DNA of 63,734 nucleotides, counting the filler, from Methanobacteriota archaeon (lineage in GTDB: Archaea; JACRDV01), in NCBI GenBank assembly GCA_024860865.1. It is 7 parts of 7 records of this genome, joined end to end, with 100 filler letters (N's around TTAATTAATTAA, not from the genome) between each part and the next. Parts side by side here need not be neighbours in the genome. Positions count along the whole stretch, not along the records: positions 1 to 9,673 come from JACRDV010000101.1; positions 9,774 to 23,709 come from JACRDV010000103.1; 5 more parts are not named here. One strand, written 5' to 3'. Position numbers and translations under genes: made by a program. Shown piece by piece: positions 1-9,775 of this stretch (position 1 is its first letter; each line of letters begins with the position of its first letter). A model generated the notes under the pieces. The model ran no database searches. It was not told where the DNA came from and was given only the letters and a program-made list of their open reading frames with translations.

Positions 1-408
1 TTTCTCATTGAGAGTCGTTACGGTAAATGTCACTGCTGTTTTTATATCCTTAAGGAGACCAATATCACGGAGTATTAAATCAGACTTTGTAATGATTAGA
101 ATTCTACAATCATTTCTTTTGAAAAGTTCTAAGCAAGCTCTCGTTAGATTAAGATCTTTCTCTATTGGTGGATAGGGATAAGAGGAATTTGACATTGATA
201 TAACTTTAGTCTTATCGATTTTCTTTAGTTCGATTCTTAACCTTTTAATTAAGTCTTTCTTTACCCGGCAATTGTAAAAATTTGGTATGTAGCTGGACCC
301 GTAACAGTAGACGCATCTATGTGAACAACCGGTATATGGGTTGAACCCATATTTGTTTAAACAAGTGCAAAGAGGGTCATTCCAGGGATCAAATTTTGTG
401 ATTAGCAT
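1..408 (-). CDS. Radical SAM protein of the spore-photoproduct-lyase-like family, 3' part outside the window (not in the ORF track)
   Basis: Manual translation gives MLITKFDPWNDPLCTC...NPYTGCSHRCVYCY...ILIITKSDLILRDI, with the CxxxCxxC motif in the NPYxGC context. Confidence 0.85.
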   Translation of the reverse strand, partial: MLITKFDPWNDPLCTCLNKYGFNPYTGCSHRCVYCYGSSYIPNFYNCRVKKDLIKRLRIELKKIDKTKVISMSNSSYPYPPIEKDLNLTRACLELFKRNDCRILIITKSDLILRDIGLLKDIKTAVTFTVTTLNEK

Positions 409-446
409 AGGAAAAAACTCTAATAATCTCAAACTTTGTCAATTAC

Positions 447-703
447 ATGAGAGATGACTTCCAACTGGAAGGATGGATGTTCATAAATTTCATAGCCCTT
501 GTATTATACTATAGGATCTATAGGTTACTCATTGATAAATCGTTGCTGAATAATTATTCGCCAAATGATGTCCTTATACATCTCTCAAGGATACATAAGC
601 TCAAGATAGAGGAGAAATGGTTGACTTCAGAAATACCAAAGAAAACAAGGAAGATAATTGAGAAACTAAACCTGCATATTACTTAAAATAGGCGGAGTTA
701 CGG
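447..703 (+). mobile_element. IS remnant: C-terminal transposase fragment (IS1634/IS4-like) plus probable terminal repeat
   Basis: MRDD..LEGWMFINFIALVLYYRI...EIPKKTRKIIEKL resembles archaeal IS1634-type C-termini. GGCGGAGTTACGG follows the stop. The catalytic N-terminal part is missing. Confidence 0.6.
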
Positions 704-758
704 TTTAACTCTCATTTTGAGAGTCATGGCAAATGTCCGAACACTAAGCCATCGAGAA

Positions 759-974
759 CTACACTACAGCCGGGGTTTCTTTTTTCACTGCCAATGCTTG
801 TCCTATCCAGTCTACGAGGTGTCGCTTAGCGTCAAGTATCTCTATCTCAACAGGAGCTTTACTTTCATCGAAATGAACGATTATCCCTCCACCGATGTCT
901 TCACCATAAGCCGGCTTATTATCCTTTATTTTAATCAGCAACACATCTACTTCACCATCATAGTAGGATTTCAT
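759..974 (-). CDS. DUF2283-family small protein (putative antitoxin)
   Basis: MKSYYDGEVDVLLIKI...IIVHFD...VEIEILDA signature. Start moved to the ATG at 974, which overlaps the upstream partner. Confidence 0.8.
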   Translation of the reverse strand: MKSYYDGEVDVLLIKIKDNKPAYGEDIGGGIIVHFDESKAPVEIEILDAKRHLVDWIGQALAVKKETPAVV

Positions 975-1215
975 GTTTTTCTCCCCAATATCTTTTTTTC
1001 TCGGCACGATACGCAGTGATTACGATAATGTCTTTCCCACGTTGTTCATATACTACTCGAAGTATATAATCGTTAAGACGTTTATGAGCGATCAACCTTC
1101 TCCCATAGCCATCTACGATCTCCTCAGGGTTCTCCACAGTCTTCTTAACTAACTCTTCGGTTAAGTTGTATGTTTCGATTCGTTTCTTGGCGTGCTTTGG
1201 TATGATAATTTCCAT
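958..1215 (-). CDS. DUF4258-family RelE-like protein (putative toxin)
   Basis: HAKKRI...LRVVYE...IIVITAY pattern; overlaps the DUF2283 gene. Confidence 0.8.
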   Translation of the reverse strand: MEIIIPKHAKKRIETYNLTEELVKKTVENPEEIVDGYGRRLIAHKRLNDYILRVVYEQRGKDIIVITAYRAEKKRYWGEKHEILL

Positions 1216-1595
1216 TTCAATCTCCAGGTGGATTTGTTAAGTTTTATTTTAAACCTTCTGTATTCCAATTCCCCTTCAGAGTTGGGAATTTGCGGGCAAC
1301 ACTATGTTGAATAATTAATTAAGAATTCTCAAAAATTGAGGTTTGACTTTTGAAGAATAGAATTTTACTCATTGCACTATCTTCATGTTATTTGTTAGTG
1401 GTTGCATTCAAGTTAAAGAAGAAACTAAAAGTAAAGGCTGTAAATTTTAAAACTATAGATGCTGGCTGCCACATCAGTTCCTGCCAAGTCCAACCCATGT
1501 TGTGCATAGGATCACGTCGTCCAGTAGTGGCCCAGGCTTAGAAAGAACCGGATTATAGGCTGAACCGCGGACAAACTCGAATTTACTCGGTAAAA

Positions 1596-1799
1596 TTAAA
1601 TTTCTTTAAGCAGCTTCAGGAATTCTTCTCTTGTTAACCCTCATGGGGCCCTCAACTTCTAGGTAGAGTTCCACCGCCTCCCTAACCCTCACCATAAGTT
1701 CATCTAACGTCCTAGCCTGGGTGTGACAACCCTGAAGCTCCGGAACAGATGCCGCATAATAGCCATTTCGTCTTTTTCAATAACCATACTAAACTTCAA
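1596..1799 (-). pseudogene. Degraded hicB-hicA pair: frameshifted HicB joined to the last 14 codons of HicA
   Basis: TTG start after GGTGG; MKFSMVIEKDE, a 1-nt frameshift near 1766, then GYYAASVPELQGCHTQARTLDELMVRVREAVELYLE. Another frame at 1640-1596 reads GLTREEFLKLLKEI*, a typical HicA C-terminus. Confidence 0.75.
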
Positions 1800-1907
1800 G
1801 AACCACACCACCCATTAATTTAGCTCAAGGTCCTTTAAATTCTTTTCATAGTCTCTTAAACGATTTATCACCAAAAACCAATAGAACTGACTATCTCCAC
1901 AACATAG

Positions 1908-2201
1908 GCTAACGAGATACCAAAGCTAACAACGGCCATCCTCTACGGCTCAGCTGCAAGAGGGGAACTCGCGGAAGTATCAGATATAGCAGTCACAAAA
2001 TACAGCGATAGGTCAATTTTAATTGTTGCTAGTGAAGACGATCAATATTCTGCAGATTCTTCTAAAAGACTTTATTCTCTCGCTCAAGGCAAAAAGGAAC
2101 TTAAGATTTACCTGAAGGCTGGACATGGGACAAACATGTTTTCTGCTGAAGTTGGGTTAGAAAAATTGATCTTAGATTGGTTAGATGGAACTTTAAAATA
2201 A
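1908..2201 (+). pseudogene. Chimeric remnant: MNT nucleotidyltransferase N-terminal fragment fused to an alpha/beta-hydrolase C-terminus
   Basis: Frame without a start codon reads AILYGSAARGE..SDI (MNT motif), then ILIVASEDDQYSA...AGHGTNMF...ILDWL (hydrolase Asp and His loops). Confidence 0.6.
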
Positions 2202-2221
2202 TGTAACCAGGACTTCGAAAG

Positions 2222-2980
2222 TTAAATCTTTTTAATCAATATTCTCCCTCTTGTGCCTTCGCTAGATCCAACTCTGAGTCCTAATTTTTCGATTATATTA
2301 ATAGTATTTTCTGGCAAGTGGTATTCTCTAAACTTTGAGGAATATTTCATTGCTTTTAAATTGCATATAAGAGTTATTAAATCAGATGCGACATCAATAT
2401 CTGATAATTCATTTAGCAAAAACAAAGGTAGTTTCTTCCTTTCTGCAATATCTGATAAATTCTCGATTTCAATACCACTTGTAAATACTCCCCTAAAATC
2501 AATAGAGAAGTTGCTTTTCAATCCAATTAAATATACTCCACCTTCCCCACTAGGTCCTAAAACAATGCCTCCGCATTTTGCTAAAAATTCAAAAGATTGA
2601 TCGATTATTTTGGGTTGAATGTGGGGGGCATCGCTTCCGATCACAACAATATTGCCATTTTCTTTAGCTACATATTTTAAAGCATTAATAAATCGAGTAT
2701 CGAAATCATCACCCTTCTGAGAAAATAGCGCTAATTTTTTAGATTCTATGTCTATTTTACAATTTTTAATGAGATTGCGAATAGAATTCTCTTCGTTCTC
2801 AGACAAATATGCTATATAAACAGCATCTGCTTTTGATTTGTATGTTAGGATAATGGCATCCATCAAAAATGCAGTATAAAGTTGCAAAATATCTTCATCG
2901 GTTAAGCCTGTATCTTTTTTTAATCTAGTTTTAACTAAACCCTTTACGGGTGCTTTAGCAAATATCAAAACCGAATTCAA
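2222..2980 (-). CDS. DUF2064 / CofC-like GT-A fold protein
   Basis: FAKAP..G.VKTRL, IGSDAP, VLGP..EGGVYLIGL and DID...DL motifs. Confidence 0.85.
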   Translation of the reverse strand: MNSVLIFAKAPVKGLVKTRLKKDTGLTDEDILQLYTAFLMDAIILTYKSKADAVYIAYLSENEENSIRNLIKNCKIDIESKKLALFSQKGDDFDTRFINALKYVAKENGNIVVIGSDAPHIQPKIIDQSFEFLAKCGGIVLGPSGEGGVYLIGLKSNFSIDFRGVFTSGIEIENLSDIAERKKLPLFLLNELSDIDVASDLITLICNLKAMKYSSKFREYHLPENTINIIEKLGLRVGSSEGTRGRILIKKI

Positions 2981-3053
2981 ATTATCACTGCTTTCGAATC
3001 TTTTTCAAGGGATATTTAAATTTAAAGAGTTACTAATTAGCACTATTGTGAAA

Positions 3054-5405
3054 TTATTTAAATTCAAAAAGAGTTTTTTGTTTTTTAACCATTTTGAACT
3101 GGTCTTCAGTTACGCCAAAGCTCTCCAGTATCCTATGGGCAGGAGGTATAATTTGATTGTTAACATAATAATCAGTATCAATATCCTCTAGTTTTGCCAT
3201 TGAGTAAGGCTTCGCTCTGTCAGTAAGCCTGCCAGCTCCTTTTGTAATAACAAATCCGATTTTATCCCCCGCATCAAGTCTGCCACCAGCTTTTAACAAT
3301 ATTTTAGCAGCAGAAACATGTGGAGCAGCTATCTCATATTCTTCTGGACTTTTTGTCAGGGTTTTCCATATAATTAGCTCCTCATATGGAATTTGATTAG
3401 CTTGCATTTTTTGAATTATTTCTTGAACATAAACAACCGCTTTTTCTGGCGTTTTTTCCTTTAAAATTATCTCAAAAACTTTCTCTTGAACCTCTCTAGC
3501 TATTTCTGCCCAGTCGCCTCGAACAACTTCAAAACCAGTTATATCGATTCTCCCATCCTTTAACAATCCAGCATATTTTTTCTTCGCTTCAGTAAAGAAA
3601 ATTCTTTCATAAATATCTTTTAACTCAATTTCCAGTTCAAGCTTTTCTCTAACAGTTTCAATTAATTTTTCAACTTTAGGTTTCTCGTACTTAATGAAAA
3701 GTGAATCGGTATCAGCATAAATTATTTGAAGGCCAAGTTTTTTTGCAACTTCTATAGTTTTTGTTATAGTCTCTCGACCCCACGCTGCAGTTGCTTCTCC
3801 AACTTGTTTAAAGTAAAATTTTGCTCCAAGCCATGCATTATAGCCGTAGACTGCGTTTGTAGTCGTTTTGATAGCTTGCTGGCGCGCATCAAGGATTCTA
3901 TATTCAATACTTTTTGGGTCGAGTTTTTTAAGTTGTGTTTTAATTTTTCTACGAACTTTGATTAAATCTGATAGAACTCTCTTATAAAAACCATCAGGAA
4001 CTTTTCTAAATTTATATCCAACTTCAGGGGCGATATTTACTTCAGTTGATTTAACCCCAACATCTTCTGATACGAAAGTATCAGGAGAAATATTTTTTTG
4101 AATCATTAATGCAGGGTACATTGAGGAAAAATCAACGACAGCGACATTTTCATGTATTCCAGGTTTAGGAGCAAGAACGATCGCCCCCCTATATGGAAAA
4201 TATTGTTTCTCAAATCTGCTAGGGATTAGCTCTCCTTCTAAGGATGCTTGCCTAATTAAATACCATTCAACTCTAAACCCCATGGCAGCAGCTCCGACAT
4301 GATCAAGAGGCAATCCAACTACATTTGAAAGTTGAATTGCAAATGGTAATAATTTTTCAGAAACTTCAATTATAGTTTTGACTTCATTTTTAGATTGTTC
4401 TAACAATTTTTCTCTAAGTTTTTTATCATCCCAAAGCTCAGGAATTTTTGTTTCATCAACTTTTAATGGCTTAATTTTTGTTCCTAAAAATTCAGCTATA
4501 TTTTCAAGAGTTTTTACCTTAATATCTACAATATCTTCTGCGAAATCATAAAGATCAATATTAGCTCTGCCTGCGATTGAAACGTGTCCATACATGCTTG
4601 TATGAGGTTCGCCTGGCCTACCAACATCTAGCTTAATTTTTAAATTTTTAGCCCGTTGTCCCAAATAAAGCCAATCAAAAATATTTGATTCATATCCAAC
4701 AATACAATCTGGGTCGAATTCTTGAACGAATTTTGCAAACCCTTGGATTGCTTTTTTATCATTATAATCTGTTGCAATGAATTGCTTTTCAAGGCCATTA
4801 TTAGTTGCAGTTGAGATTGTAATTACTGGATCGGCAGCAGTTTTTGTAGATAAACCGCGCTTGCTGTAGCACTTTATATCAAAGGCCAGGACTTTAAGTC
4901 GTGGAATTTTCGCCTCTTCAATTGGTTTAGGAGTTTTTTTAACCTGATAAATAGCATCGACTTTATAGTTTTTTGATTTTATTTCTTCAACTTCAGTCTG
5001 ATGCCAACCACAGGGAGTCAATTGATTATCAATTAAATATCTGAGCGGGTATCTGACATCATACTCATAACATTCTTGAATTTCTTCTAATTTTGAAATT
5101 ATTTTTTGCAATTTGATTGCTTGGCCAGGATCTCTAAATGTAATTTTTAAAACTTTTACAGGTTTACCGAAGAGCTTTCGGTCTGCAAGCTCTATATTTG
5201 TAATGTTTGTTGAAAGTGCTAGAATTTTAGAAGTTAAACTTTTTATGTCAACTTTTTCTTTCGGTAAAACATAAAAATATGGTAAAAAAGTATCATCAAT
5301 AACTAAAACTTTTTTATTATTTGAGTCAATACACCAGAGTAAAATTTGTGGTTTTTCTTTTTTAACCTCATGAGCTATATCAAGGATCCAAAAATTAAGG
5401 TTCAT
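3054..5405 (-). CDS. polB: Family B DNA polymerase (archaeal PolB3-like)
   Basis: DFSSMYP, QQAIKTTTNAVYGY, YADTDS, KKKYAG and GFEVVRGDW motifs; PIP-box-like C-terminus QKTLFEF. Confidence 0.95.
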   Translation of the reverse strand: MNLNFWILDIAHEVKKEKPQILLWCIDSNNKKVLVIDDTFLPYFYVLPKEKVDIKSLTSKILALSTNITNIELADRKLFGKPVKVLKITFRDPGQAIKLQKIISKLEEIQECYEYDVRYPLRYLIDNQLTPCGWHQTEVEEIKSKNYKVDAIYQVKKTPKPIEEAKIPRLKVLAFDIKCYSKRGLSTKTAADPVITISTATNNGLEKQFIATDYNDKKAIQGFAKFVQEFDPDCIVGYESNIFDWLYLGQRAKNLKIKLDVGRPGEPHTSMYGHVSIAGRANIDLYDFAEDIVDIKVKTLENIAEFLGTKIKPLKVDETKIPELWDDKKLREKLLEQSKNEVKTIIEVSEKLLPFAIQLSNVVGLPLDHVGAAAMGFRVEWYLIRQASLEGELIPSRFEKQYFPYRGAIVLAPKPGIHENVAVVDFSSMYPALMIQKNISPDTFVSEDVGVKSTEVNIAPEVGYKFRKVPDGFYKRVLSDLIKVRRKIKTQLKKLDPKSIEYRILDARQQAIKTTTNAVYGYNAWLGAKFYFKQVGEATAAWGRETITKTIEVAKKLGLQIIYADTDSLFIKYEKPKVEKLIETVREKLELEIELKDIYERIFFTEAKKKYAGLLKDGRIDITGFEVVRGDWAEIAREVQEKVFEIILKEKTPEKAVVYVQEIIQKMQANQIPYEELIIWKTLTKSPEEYEIAAPHVSAAKILLKAGGRLDAGDKIGFVITKGAGRLTDRAKPYSMAKLEDIDTDYYVNNQIIPPAHRILESFGVTEDQFKMVKKQKTLFEFK

Positions 5406-5501
5406 TGAATCACGTCTATATATTAGATGGTACTTCTTAAATCAATTTGGGTGTATTGAATAAACTAAGTATACTTAGAAAAGTTGGTTGGGCTAGATTA
5501 A

Positions 5502-5747
5502 ATGAAAATTATTTATAATAAGCATGCTGAGGTAAAAATTAAAGAAAGAGAGATTGATAAAGGTATAGTTGAAAGTACCATTGTAAGCCCAGACCGAGGT
5601 GTTATTGGTTTTCATGGAAGAACTATTTTTGAGAAGAAAATTAACGAAAAACATAAAATTAGAGTAATATGTGAAATAAAAGGTGAAAATATAAAAGTAA
5701 TATCGTGTTATATTACTAAAGTTGGTAGATATGAAAATCGATTATGA
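5502..5747 (+). CDS. DUF4258-family RelE-like protein
   Basis: KHAEVKIKER...IRVICE...VISCY; overlaps the downstream partner. Confidence 0.75.
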   Translation: MKIIYNKHAEVKIKEREIDKGIVESTIVSPDRGVIGFHGRTIFEKKINEKHKIRVICEIKGENIKVISCYITKVGRYENRL

Positions 5748-5937
5748 TAAAGAATATGATATTATCTATCTAAGATTTAGCAAAAAAAAGTATTCTTATA
5801 GTGAAGAAAAGGATAATATTATCGTAGATTATGATAAAGAAGGTAAAGTTATTGCAATTGAGATTTTGGACGCTTCTAGAATATTGAAACATCCAATAGC
5901 AGAAATAATGAGAATAAAAGAAGCTGCAGTAGTTTAG
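5731..5937 (+). CDS. DUF2283-family small protein
   Basis: MKIDYDKEYDIIYLRF...IIVDYDKEGKVIAIEILDAS. Confidence 0.85.
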   Translation: MKIDYDKEYDIIYLRFSKKKYSYSEEKDNIIVDYDKEGKVIAIEILDASRILKHPIAEIMRIKEAAVV

Positions 5938-6001
5938 TAGAGATTAATTTTTCTAATTTTATCCTGTAAAGTAAATTAATTTTTAAGATAGTAAGATAGC
6001 T

Positions 6002-6898
6002 ATGCTGGGAGCCAGACTAATTGGAGTTAATTCTGCTATAACTACTCCATTTAAACAAAATGAAGAGTTAGATGAAGAAGCTCTACGAGGGGAAATTAGA
6101 TATCAAATTCGAGCTGGAATTAATGGAGTTGTGGTTAACTCAACGCCAGGTGAAATTTCAAGCTTAACAATTGAAGAGCGAAAAAGAATTTGCGGAATTG
6201 CAGTTGAAGAAGTAAAAGATAGAGCTGCTATAATAACAGATGTCGGAACACCTAGAACAACTTGGTCAATAGAACTTGCAAAACATGCTGAAAAAGTTGG
6301 AACTAATTTTGTGATGGCGCTTACACCTTGGTTGTTGCCGCAAACTGATGAAACGATTTATAATTACTATGCTTCTCTTGCAAGAGAATTGACCGAAGCT
6401 CCATTAATTCTTTATAACTTACCTAAGTACGCAGGATATAATATACCACCAGAGCTTTTTAGACGCCTTTTGAGTGAATATCCCGATAAAATTGCTGGCA
6501 TTAAGGATACCAGTGGTTCTATAGAAAAGCTTAGAACATATATCTCTGCAGCTCAAGGTAAAGCCAGCGTTGTAGTTGGGGACGATAAGCTATTATATCC
6601 TGCTTTAAATGCTGGAGCTAATGGATGTATTTCTGCAATGGCTGCATGTTTTCCCAATCTTGCAGTAAATATGTATGAAGCATTTCTTGTTAAGGACTTT
6701 AAAACAGCAGAATCAATTCAAAAAAAGTTTGATGCAGTCAAAGATATTTTTCATAGATTTCCATATTTGGGCGCACAGAAAGGAGTACAAGAGCTCCAAG
6801 GTCGCAAATCTGGCTTTCCTCGCGCTCCACTAAGAGCGTTAACCCCAGTTGAAAAAGAAGAACTAAAAGCTGCTTTAACCCAACTTGGCTTGCTTTAA
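6002..6898 (+). CDS. DapA/NanA-family class I aldolase
   Basis: AITTPF, ILYNLP (Tyr) and GIKDTS (Schiff-base Lys) motifs; the GTTGE motif is altered to STPGE. Confidence 0.85.
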   Translation: MLGARLIGVNSAITTPFKQNEELDEEALRGEIRYQIRAGINGVVVNSTPGEISSLTIEERKRICGIAVEEVKDRAAIITDVGTPRTTWSIELAKHAEKVGTNFVMALTPWLLPQTDETIYNYYASLARELTEAPLILYNLPKYAGYNIPPELFRRLLSEYPDKIAGIKDTSGSIEKLRTYISAAQGKASVVVGDDKLLYPALNAGANGCISAMAACFPNLAVNMYEAFLVKDFKTAESIQKKFDAVKDIFHRFPYLGAQKGVQELQGRKSGFPRAPLRALTPVEKEELKAALTQLGLL

Positions 6899-6931
6899 AT
6901 TTAAAAGCTTTAGGAGGATATAAATTAAAGT

Positions 6932-8014
6932 ATGCGTTGCTTAATTGCTTTGCTAAAAATAAACCCCCATGACCACTATGAGTACTTGATGCAATTAGAA
7001 GAGCTTGAAGCACTAGCGAGTACTATCGGATACGAGGTAGCTGATAGAATAGTCCAAACCCATCAACCTAGACCAAAATATCTGATTGGAGCAGGCAAAG
7101 TAAAAGAAATTAAGGATCTAATCCAAACTAAAGGAATCGATCTTGTTGTTTTCGATAATTTTTTGACATCGCGCCAAGTCTTTGAACTAGAAGAAGCTTG
7201 GGATATTGATGTAATCGATAAATTCGATTTAATTTTAAACGTATTTGAAGCGCATGCAACTTCAAGAGAGGCTAAACTTCAAATTGAGTTAGCTAGGCTA
7301 AACCGAAATGTTCCCTTTGTTAAAACCTTGCTTGGAAGAAGAGTTCGAGCAGAGCACCCTGGTTATGGTGGTGCTGGAGAATTTATTGTTCATAGCTCGC
7401 TAACTGGTATTAGACAAAGAATTTCAAAAGTTAGTTCAGAACTAGATAGACATGAAGCCCAAAAAGAAATTTTAAGAGCCAAAAGAAAAGAAGTTGCAAA
7501 AATCGTATCACTAGCCGGTTATACGAACAGCGGGAAAAGTACGTTGCTTAATACACTAACTGGAGAGGAACAATTAGCTAGAGATGAATTATTCACTACA
7601 CTTCAAACAAAAACTTCTCGAATAAGATGGAATGGCGAAAAAATATTGATTAACGATACAATTGGGTTCATTAGAAAACTTCCACACGTGCTAGTTTCTG
7701 CTTTTAAAGCAACCTTATCTGACATTCGAGAGTCAGATCTAATTCTATTGGTAACTGATTTTAGCAATCCTTTAAAGGAAATTCTCCAAAAATTAAAAGT
7801 TTCTCGAGCAACTCTAAAAGAAATAAATGCTGAAAGTGTTCCATTGATCCATGTATTCAATAAAATAGACAGGTTAAATACAGAAGAAATTCAGTTTAAA
7901 CTCGGAGAGTTAGAATCAGCAGTTCAAAATCCAGTTTTGATCTCCGCAAAATACGGTCTTAACCTTGATGAGCTGAAGAAGAAGATAAATGAGGCTTTAT
8001 ATTCATCTACTTAG
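6932..8014 (+). CDS. hflX: GTPase HflX
   Basis: EAKLQIELA, GYTNSGKS, LFTTL, DTIGFI and NKID motifs. Confidence 0.93.
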   Translation: MRCLIALLKINPHDHYEYLMQLEELEALASTIGYEVADRIVQTHQPRPKYLIGAGKVKEIKDLIQTKGIDLVVFDNFLTSRQVFELEEAWDIDVIDKFDLILNVFEAHATSREAKLQIELARLNRNVPFVKTLLGRRVRAEHPGYGGAGEFIVHSSLTGIRQRISKVSSELDRHEAQKEILRAKRKEVAKIVSLAGYTNSGKSTLLNTLTGEEQLARDELFTTLQTKTSRIRWNGEKILINDTIGFIRKLPHVLVSAFKATLSDIRESDLILLVTDFSNPLKEILQKLKVSRATLKEINAESVPLIHVFNKIDRLNTEEIQFKLGELESAVQNPVLISAKYGLNLDELKKKINEALYSST

Positions 8015-8022
8015 TGAGAGTT

Positions 8023-8427
8023 ATGGAAGAAATCGAAAGAATAAGCATGACATTACCAAAAGACCTTTTAAATGAAATCGATTTAGTTATTAAAAATTTA
8101 GGCTACTCGAGTAGGTCAGAAGCTATTCGCGATGCCATTTTTGGTTTTATTACGGAGTATAAAGCAACAAAAGCGATCAAAGGCGAGATGGCTGGAGTTA
8201 TAACTTTAATTTACAACCATGATCAAGTTGGTTTATTGAATAAATTAACTGAGGTTCAACATTTTGCTCGAGATGTAATTGAATCGAGCCTTCACATCCA
8301 TCTGGATGAGGAAAGATGTTTAGAGGTAATTGTAGCTAGAGGAAAAGCAGAAAGGATAAGGACTATTGTTGAAAAATTGATTGGATTAAAAGGAGTTTCT
8401 CAAGTTAAATTGACAGTTGCTTCATAA
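8023..8427 (+). CDS. nikR: Nickel-responsive regulator NikR
   Basis: RHH domain RISMTL...SRSEAIRDAI and the HIHLDEERCLE Ni site. An alternative GTG start lies at 8014. Confidence 0.9.
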   Translation: MEEIERISMTLPKDLLNEIDLVIKNLGYSSRSEAIRDAIFGFITEYKATKAIKGEMAGVITLIYNHDQVGLLNKLTEVQHFARDVIESSLHIHLDEERCLEVIVARGKAERIRTIVEKLIGLKGVSQVKLTVAS

Positions 8428-8563
8428 ACGATCAATTTTATGCAATCAAAAATTTTTTTACTCATTTTTAATTGATAATGATAATTAAATTTCATTTTTT
8501 TGTGCAATGGAATACTTTCACTGGCAGACGAAGCAAAATAGAAATCGTGGGCTCTGGCATTTC

Positions 8564-8645
8564 ATATAACGTTCTTGATGTAAAAGAAGTTTTGCGAAGC
8601 AAAATTTGAACGCAGTGAAACGTAGTCTTTTACATCATGTTATCT
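8564..8645 (-). repeat. Solitary integron attC-like hairpin
   Basis: The minus strand runs AGATAAC...GTTATAT. It has a perfect 12-bp inverted repeat TGATGTAAAAGA (8576-8587) / TCTTTTACATCA (8626-8637) and an inner TTTTGC-GAA-GCAAAA hairpin; total 82 bp. Confidence 0.6.
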
Positions 8646-8900
8646 GCCGTTGCGGCCATTATCATGCTTTAATTTCTGCCAAATTCTTAATGCTTTTAAA
8701 TTGCCTTAAGCTGCCCCACGAATGAATTCTCCGTCCAACACAATTCTATGTTGTTCATAACCTTGCCCAATGCTGATTCCCATATGACCTACTGAAGTCT
8801 CTGGCATGCTTTATGTCAGACTTGTCAGCCAAGTGGCACCTCTATCAATATATACCTCATTTACACTGAATAAGTAAGCAAAAGTTGCAGAGGCTATAAT

Positions 8901-9673
8901 TTGGAGTCAGTTTTGGTTACAGGTACAAAATTTAAACTCTTAGAAAAATTGATTGATGTAATTCCAAATGGAAGCTGCATTTCTTTAATCGGATTGCCAG
9001 GTTCCGGCAAAACGGTTTTTTGTGAGAACTTATTGGGTGAAAGTTTGAAGCAAGAAATTAGTTCCTTATACATTATTACCCAATCACCACCAGATACTGT
9101 TAGAAAATATTTGCAATTTACCGTACCTAACATCGACATGCTTGAACAAAACAAAAAATTTGCCATTGTAGACGCATATTCATGGTTGTTAAATAAGAAA
9201 GTTGAAAAATATGCCGTAGATGACCTAAGTGATCTTTCACATTTTAATGCTACAGTATCCAAAGCAACTAATGAACTCGGTGAAAATAAATTTGTTATTT
9301 TCGATTCGCCATCTGCTCTCACTCAATATAACAGCGAAGAAGTTGTTATAAAATTTTTGCGCAGCTTTTTTGCTAAAGAGAGGGCTTTGAATGATATATG
9401 TATTTGTCCGCTAGAATGGGGAGTCCACTCAGATTCTTTTTACAATATTGTTAACTCTAATGCTGATGGTATATTCGGGATAAAGATCGAACAAATAGAG
9501 GACAAGTTAGAAAGGCTATTTCGTGTATTTAGTTTTCGAACAGTTGCTCATAACACTAAGTGGGTCAATTTCAAAATAGTTAATCCACGCAAGGTTATCA
9601 TGGAGAAATATATATCAACTGCAATTGAACTAAGACTTAGTGAAGCAAGAGAAAAATTAAACAATATAGAAAA
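8901..9673 (+). CDS. RAD55/KaiC-like RecA-superfamily ATPase, truncated by the contig end
   Basis: GLPGSGKT Walker A, IVDAYS and VIFDS motifs; continues into a C-terminal extension. Confidence 0.8.
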
Positions 9674-9775
9674 NNNNNNNNNNNNNNNNNNNNNNNNNNN
9701 NNNNNNNNNNNNNNNNNTTAATTAATTAANNNNNNNNNNNNNNNNNNNNNNNNNNNNNNNNNNNNNNNNNNNNAC

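Noticed and set aside
1-730. CTCTCATT..GAGAGTC and GTTACGGT shared between 1-25 and 697-726
   Set aside because: The first occurrence is inside the radical SAM coding sequence and the order of the two strings differs; likely chance.
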